A stretch of 64,000 nt of DNA from Tubulanus polymorphus (Eukaryota; Animalia; Nemertea), in NCBI RefSeq assembly GCF_964204645.1, contig NC_134027.1:10138485-10202484 (forward strand), written 5' to 3'. Under the pieces are notes generated by a model, which saw nothing but the letters and a program-made list of their open reading frames with translations, was not told the origin of the DNA and did not search any database. Both the position numbers and the translations under genes were made by a program. Positions 59,041 to 64,000 of this stretch are shown one piece after another. Position 1 is the stretch's first letter. Each line of letters opens with the position of its first letter.

Positions 59041-61059
59041 GCGTAATTTCACTGTCACTTCTCTTAAACATTACATAGGTGGAGATTGTCATGTGTGCGT
59101 AACATCGATTTCCTTTTCCCAACTATTGAGTAAATCTAATTGCCTAAGTCGCAAGTCCATTTTAAGATTGTCGATAGTAAAATTTAAGCGATTATCAAAA
59201 GCATATTGCTCCATGGGCTATCGATGTCTATGCATCAAATGGAGAAATGGAGAATAAAAAACCAATCGAAACTCAAGTCAACCGCACTACGAATATCCAG
59301 CATTTCAATAATTCCTCAACATAAATTACGATAGATGCTAATAAATACTACAACGCAAATGATTTTTCCCAGACATTGACTGCTAACTAGAAACGGCACT
59401 GATTTTGATGCCAGAAACATGACTAAGCTCAATGATGAATTAAAGAAAATTACGGTGAACTACAGATACAACAGAATTCATCATTGCCAATGATATATTT
59501 CCACCGATATCGAATACTTTCGTCTGGTTCTATCACCGAGAAAAAATCTGTCAGCTAAAATGATTTTTCGAGGAAAACTTTGAAATAGTACCTTCAATTC
59601 GAACTGTTTTTTTCTTCTCTTAAACCTCGGTAAGATCGAAAAATAATTGTGTTCCAATAAACGCGTTTCACCGATGAACAAAACCAATACTAGAAATTTA
59701 AGACAACATCGAACATCGACCAAATGATCTTTTTACCACATCAATTTGAGGAATAACACATTGTATTGTTACACTTAATTTTCAACAAACTTCACTTGCT
59801 CTTTACAACTGATTTCGAGTATTCTAAGCAGTTCGAATAACTATGGCGTCAAACTATCTTTACTAAGGATTGTTCGTCGAGTCATCATGGACTCTGGAGT
59901 CCAAGGTTGAGTATAGTGCAAAATCTAGCAAGAGCATCATTACTTGCATGAAAGCAGAATATTAAAAATCTACGCGCTAATTTAAAAAAATTTCTAACGT
60001 CTTCTTGTTATTAATTGCCTTGTTTCAAAATGTTCTTTTGAGCTGACCATTTTTGGAAGCCCACCGAAGGACTAAGTGCTATGCTAGAAGGACTGGTACC
60101 ACTATTTGTATGTATGTCGTAAAATAAATTCTTTTCAACAAAAATCGAACAAAAAGCCGAACTTCAAAAAATTCTTAAGATATTTTTGTTATTTTGATAA
60201 GAATATGCCCCACACAGCCTTTTTATATCAGGTTTGTTCGAATACCTTCATAATACATGTAAATGTACAATCGTACAGCTACTTTCAAGCTAGTAATTAG
60301 ACGTACCAATAGCATAAATTTTATCACATGATAGATTCTAACTGACCAAATAGTACTTAAGGATCAATGCCCAGATGAGTCAACTTTTAAAAAAGCAGGA
60401 TTGAGAGAATGAGATGTTTGCATTGAGTCAGTCTACAAATTCAATCGGTCTTAAAAAATAGAAACTACCCAGTGATTGAGAAACTACCCAGCGCAAACGA
60501 AATTTGTCAATGGTTCAAACATTGTAACATCATAAGCTAAGTATCTCCGAAGGCTTCTGAAAAGAAACCGAGCATATTAGGTACATTATTCATCTCATAA
60601 CAAATCCTGCTACCGGAATACATGTCGCGACATGTGGATGAAAACTTCAGCGGTATCGGCGACAACCGCCATAATACAAAGCCCATAATCTAGCTGTATC
60701 TCAATTCCGTACGTGTAGATAATTCCGTTTTTATGTTTTCAGTTATGTCTTCGAACCGTTTTATACACGTACCACAAAGTACAAACGCGATATGAAAATA
60801 TGTTTCTTGCTTTGTATCGTCTTAATCATCAAAAACCTCATCTACGTCAAAGCGCACCCCGGAGTTACGGCACTCGACTGACCGTAGAAACAAAACCTTA
60901 CTTCGCATTCTCTACTGTAGATGAGGCTGCTTTATTGAATAAGTTTCACTTAACCGGATTATATATGAAAAAATCAATTACAAAAGTACAAAAATGCCTT
61001 CACACACATATCGACTGCTTTAGTACCGAGATTTGAAGTATACATACAAACATACATAC

Positions 61060-61066
<7 letters not shown>

Positions 61067-61125
<59 letters not shown>
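61067..61125. repeat. (AT)n microsatellite
   Basis: About 29 AT units. Confidence 0.95.
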
Positions 61126-61129
<4 letters not shown>

Positions 61130-63163
61130 CAAAGACACACCAAAAACTCAAAAATCATTCGTGCTGTTAGACACTTAAAAAAAAACCAATCTCATCTCCG
61201 ACAAGAGGGATTATGTAATATAGGTTTCTACTTTAAAACAACATCTTTTAAACGGAAATCCAGCTTCGAACGAACGACAAATTTTTCGAAAACTCCGTTT
61301 TTTACGAATTTACGAGCAACATCGGAAGCGGGGGAGGACATGATGAATCAGTAACGCGCAGAGACAAGTGCGCTCCAAAAAAAAAGAAGCAAAGCAAAAT
61401 AACGACCAAGGCACGATATACATCTTTCTCGATCACTCGTAATTCATACGTTCGAACACAAAAAGTTATAAACTGTCGTAATGATGAATAAAGAACACCG
61501 GACATGATTACGATTATGTAGTAGATACGTTAGTAATATCGAACGACCAACGGACAACACGACAACGACAAAAAAAAAACATTCAATAACGTTGACGTAG
61601 CTTGTCCTCCTGGCATCAGAGTCAAGAGATGAATATTCAATGAAACCACAATTAAAACGGTTGCGTTCGTCATTTGAGAAGCAAAGCTTTCATTCAGATC
61701 GACACATATGATATTGAAATCGATGTATGTGTACTGCAAATTGCCCCTTGAAAATTGACCAACGAATTATTGCTAGAGTAGGATCAATTATTCGGAAGCA
61801 TTTGCACATTAGAAAAATCAGAATGTAGTGCTAAATGTTTTATTGCAAATTTCTAAGCTTATAGGGGCAAATGATTTGAATTTTCAAAGCCTCAGACCGT
61901 AAAAATGACATTAATATGGGTAGGTAATACTTTAGAAAGCTCATATTCCTTATGACCGAATGTAGCGCTAAATGTTTTAGGGTAAAATGTAAGCTTATAG
62001 GAGCAAATAAATGGAATTTTTTAAAGCCCTTGACAATGACAATATTGGTAGGTTATACAGTACACCGCGCCTTATTTGGACATGCCCATCTTAGACATTT
62101 GACTAACTCAGATAAAACAAAATCATATTCAGACTATCTTATATATCCTTCACTCTGAGCAATTTTGCTTACGATTGAAGTCTCTAATAAACAAATCAAA
62201 CAAAAAATGTAGATTGCGAAATTGAAATTACGCTGGACAACAATTATCATAACGATCATCGCTAACATTGGCGGGACAAGATCGGGTGGCTTGCGTCATC
62301 AGAAGCAGTCAGTGCGCAAAAATGAACCAAGGCGCCGAATGTTAAACAAATCGCAACGCATGGCACGCCAACAACAGGCGCCAGCGAGCTCAGCTGTCAT
62401 ATCAAAAAACATAGATACTCATTCCATAACCCATAACACATGAATTTCATTTTCTATAATGAGTAATGATGAAAGATTAACTGGTATCAAAAATTACGTG
62501 TACAAAAATGACGACACATGTTCTTCGCGTCAATTTCGCGTATATATATATATATATCGATTATTACAAATATTCAAAATAACCGCACATCTTTCGTTGG
62601 ATCTACAGACACGACGACGACACCGATAACGGTAAAAATAACGAATGATTGATAATAACACGCGGAATTTTACAACAGGAAAAAAAGGTTCGCATCGGTC
62701 CGTCATTTTTCAAACAACGCTTAAAAAACACAGCTCTCGTTTCTATCATATAGTAACAAAATATATCGTAACAGCCGAGTTCCGACCGCACGGATGACGG
62801 TCGGGTATTTTTCAGTTTCTTGAATCAACGACGTCAGGATAAAAATGATGCACATTTACAAGTTAATTACACAGGATCCATTATCATCATGTAGACGTAT
62901 ATACCAGTAACATATATACCGATATATACATTATTATAGAATTTTTCAGAATGTAACAATTTTCTGATAATAATTTGAACATTTGGATATTCAAATATTG
63001 TAGTATGTACAATAATATGCATATACATCATAGAGGTTTTCGACACTATTAATGATTTTCTTTTGTTAACGGACAAAAATATCATATACGTTTAGTACCA
63101 GGTGATAAATGTGTGAGGCCAATATCTTCTAGGCGGGGCAAGAAGCCCTATTTTGTCTCTTAA

Positions 63164-63432
63164 CCCTTTCAGTGCGTCTACACCGCAGTGCAGAGTATAA
63201 ATCGGTGACGGACTTTGCTAGTACACCGCATTGTGGTGTATTAATGTTTGTATCTCTAATGAAAGATGGCAGCATCTGTCAAACGCAGTTAGATATAAGC
63301 AACTAACGATACACCGCACAGTGGTGAGCATTATAGCTGATCCCTGTTATTTGATGCACTGGGCTGGAATTTTTCAAACATTTTCAAATTATCTCCGGCA
63401 CTTTAGGGTATTAATTAGTCAGCATGACAGGG
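63164..63432. mobile_element. piggyBac-like MITE (inverted relative to the other two copies)
   Basis: TTAA|CCCTTTCAGTGCGTCTACACCGC is the reverse complement of the family's right end. Confidence 0.75.
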
Positions 63433-64000
63433 TGAAGATCTGATTTGTCAGTCATTCTTGACATGTCAGGTAGAATACAATAACGAGTAACTGAATATCA
63501 CTTCGCTAGCATGTAGGTACCTCGCCAGAGAACAACACTGGACCCCACTGCCCGGAATTCATTCCACCCGAAAAGTACGATTACTCAATTACAGCAGTAA
63601 AAAATTCTTATAATCCAACGAACAGAGAACGACCACCGAACACGATTACAAACCGACAACACTTAAAAAACTAATCATCGCTATTCAAAAATTGCTCGAA
63701 CCCAGTTCCCATAGAGAACAACTGACCCTAAAAATGCTTCCAAACCATCTACCCGAACAAACATGTTTATATACACATATGTACAGACAATGTGTTCGAT
63801 ATTATGCATTTTAACACATATACAATAACCTGGTATACCTATTCATTGATCATATATATTTAATGAATATGAATAACTAAACCATAAACTTTTCCATAAA
63901 TGCAACTGAAATGTCTTCCCAGGAACATTCAAAATATAACACGATGAATCAAAATCAAAGAACACTGAAACGATAAAGAAATGAAACATCGTACGCGGAG

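Noticed and set aside
61821-62058. Diverged direct repeat of about 137 bp
   Set aside because: Two old copies with no termini or motif; looks like an ordinary local duplication.

Overview
AT-rich eukaryotic genomic DNA from an animal (probably an invertebrate bilaterian; species not determined). Six spliced protein-coding genes were assembled by hand: an OSM-9/Inactive-like TRPV channel (-, runs off the left edge), VAC14 (+, 16 coding exons, two U12-type introns), a C2H2 zinc-finger protein (-), COA4 (+), ZC3H3 (-) and PPIL1 (+). A full-length U1 snRNA gene sits sense-oriented inside a TRPV intron. The introns carry many non-autonomous mobile elements. Most notable: (1) a Helentron-type (HINE/pearl-like) element whose 154-bp tandem unit carries a near-consensus CTCF motif; (2) three small palindromic Penelope-like inserts with minimal hammerhead ribozyme motifs; (3) a cluster of TAGGCCTA and related TA-NNNN-TA palindromes, with arm-versus-arm evidence that such words arise as 6-bp insertions (likely transposon excision footprints); (4) a MULE-like element with tRNA-like inverted ends whose target-site duplication (TSD) copies a PPIL1 splice donor. 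Coordinates were read by eye and family assignments come from recalled motifs; no database search was run.
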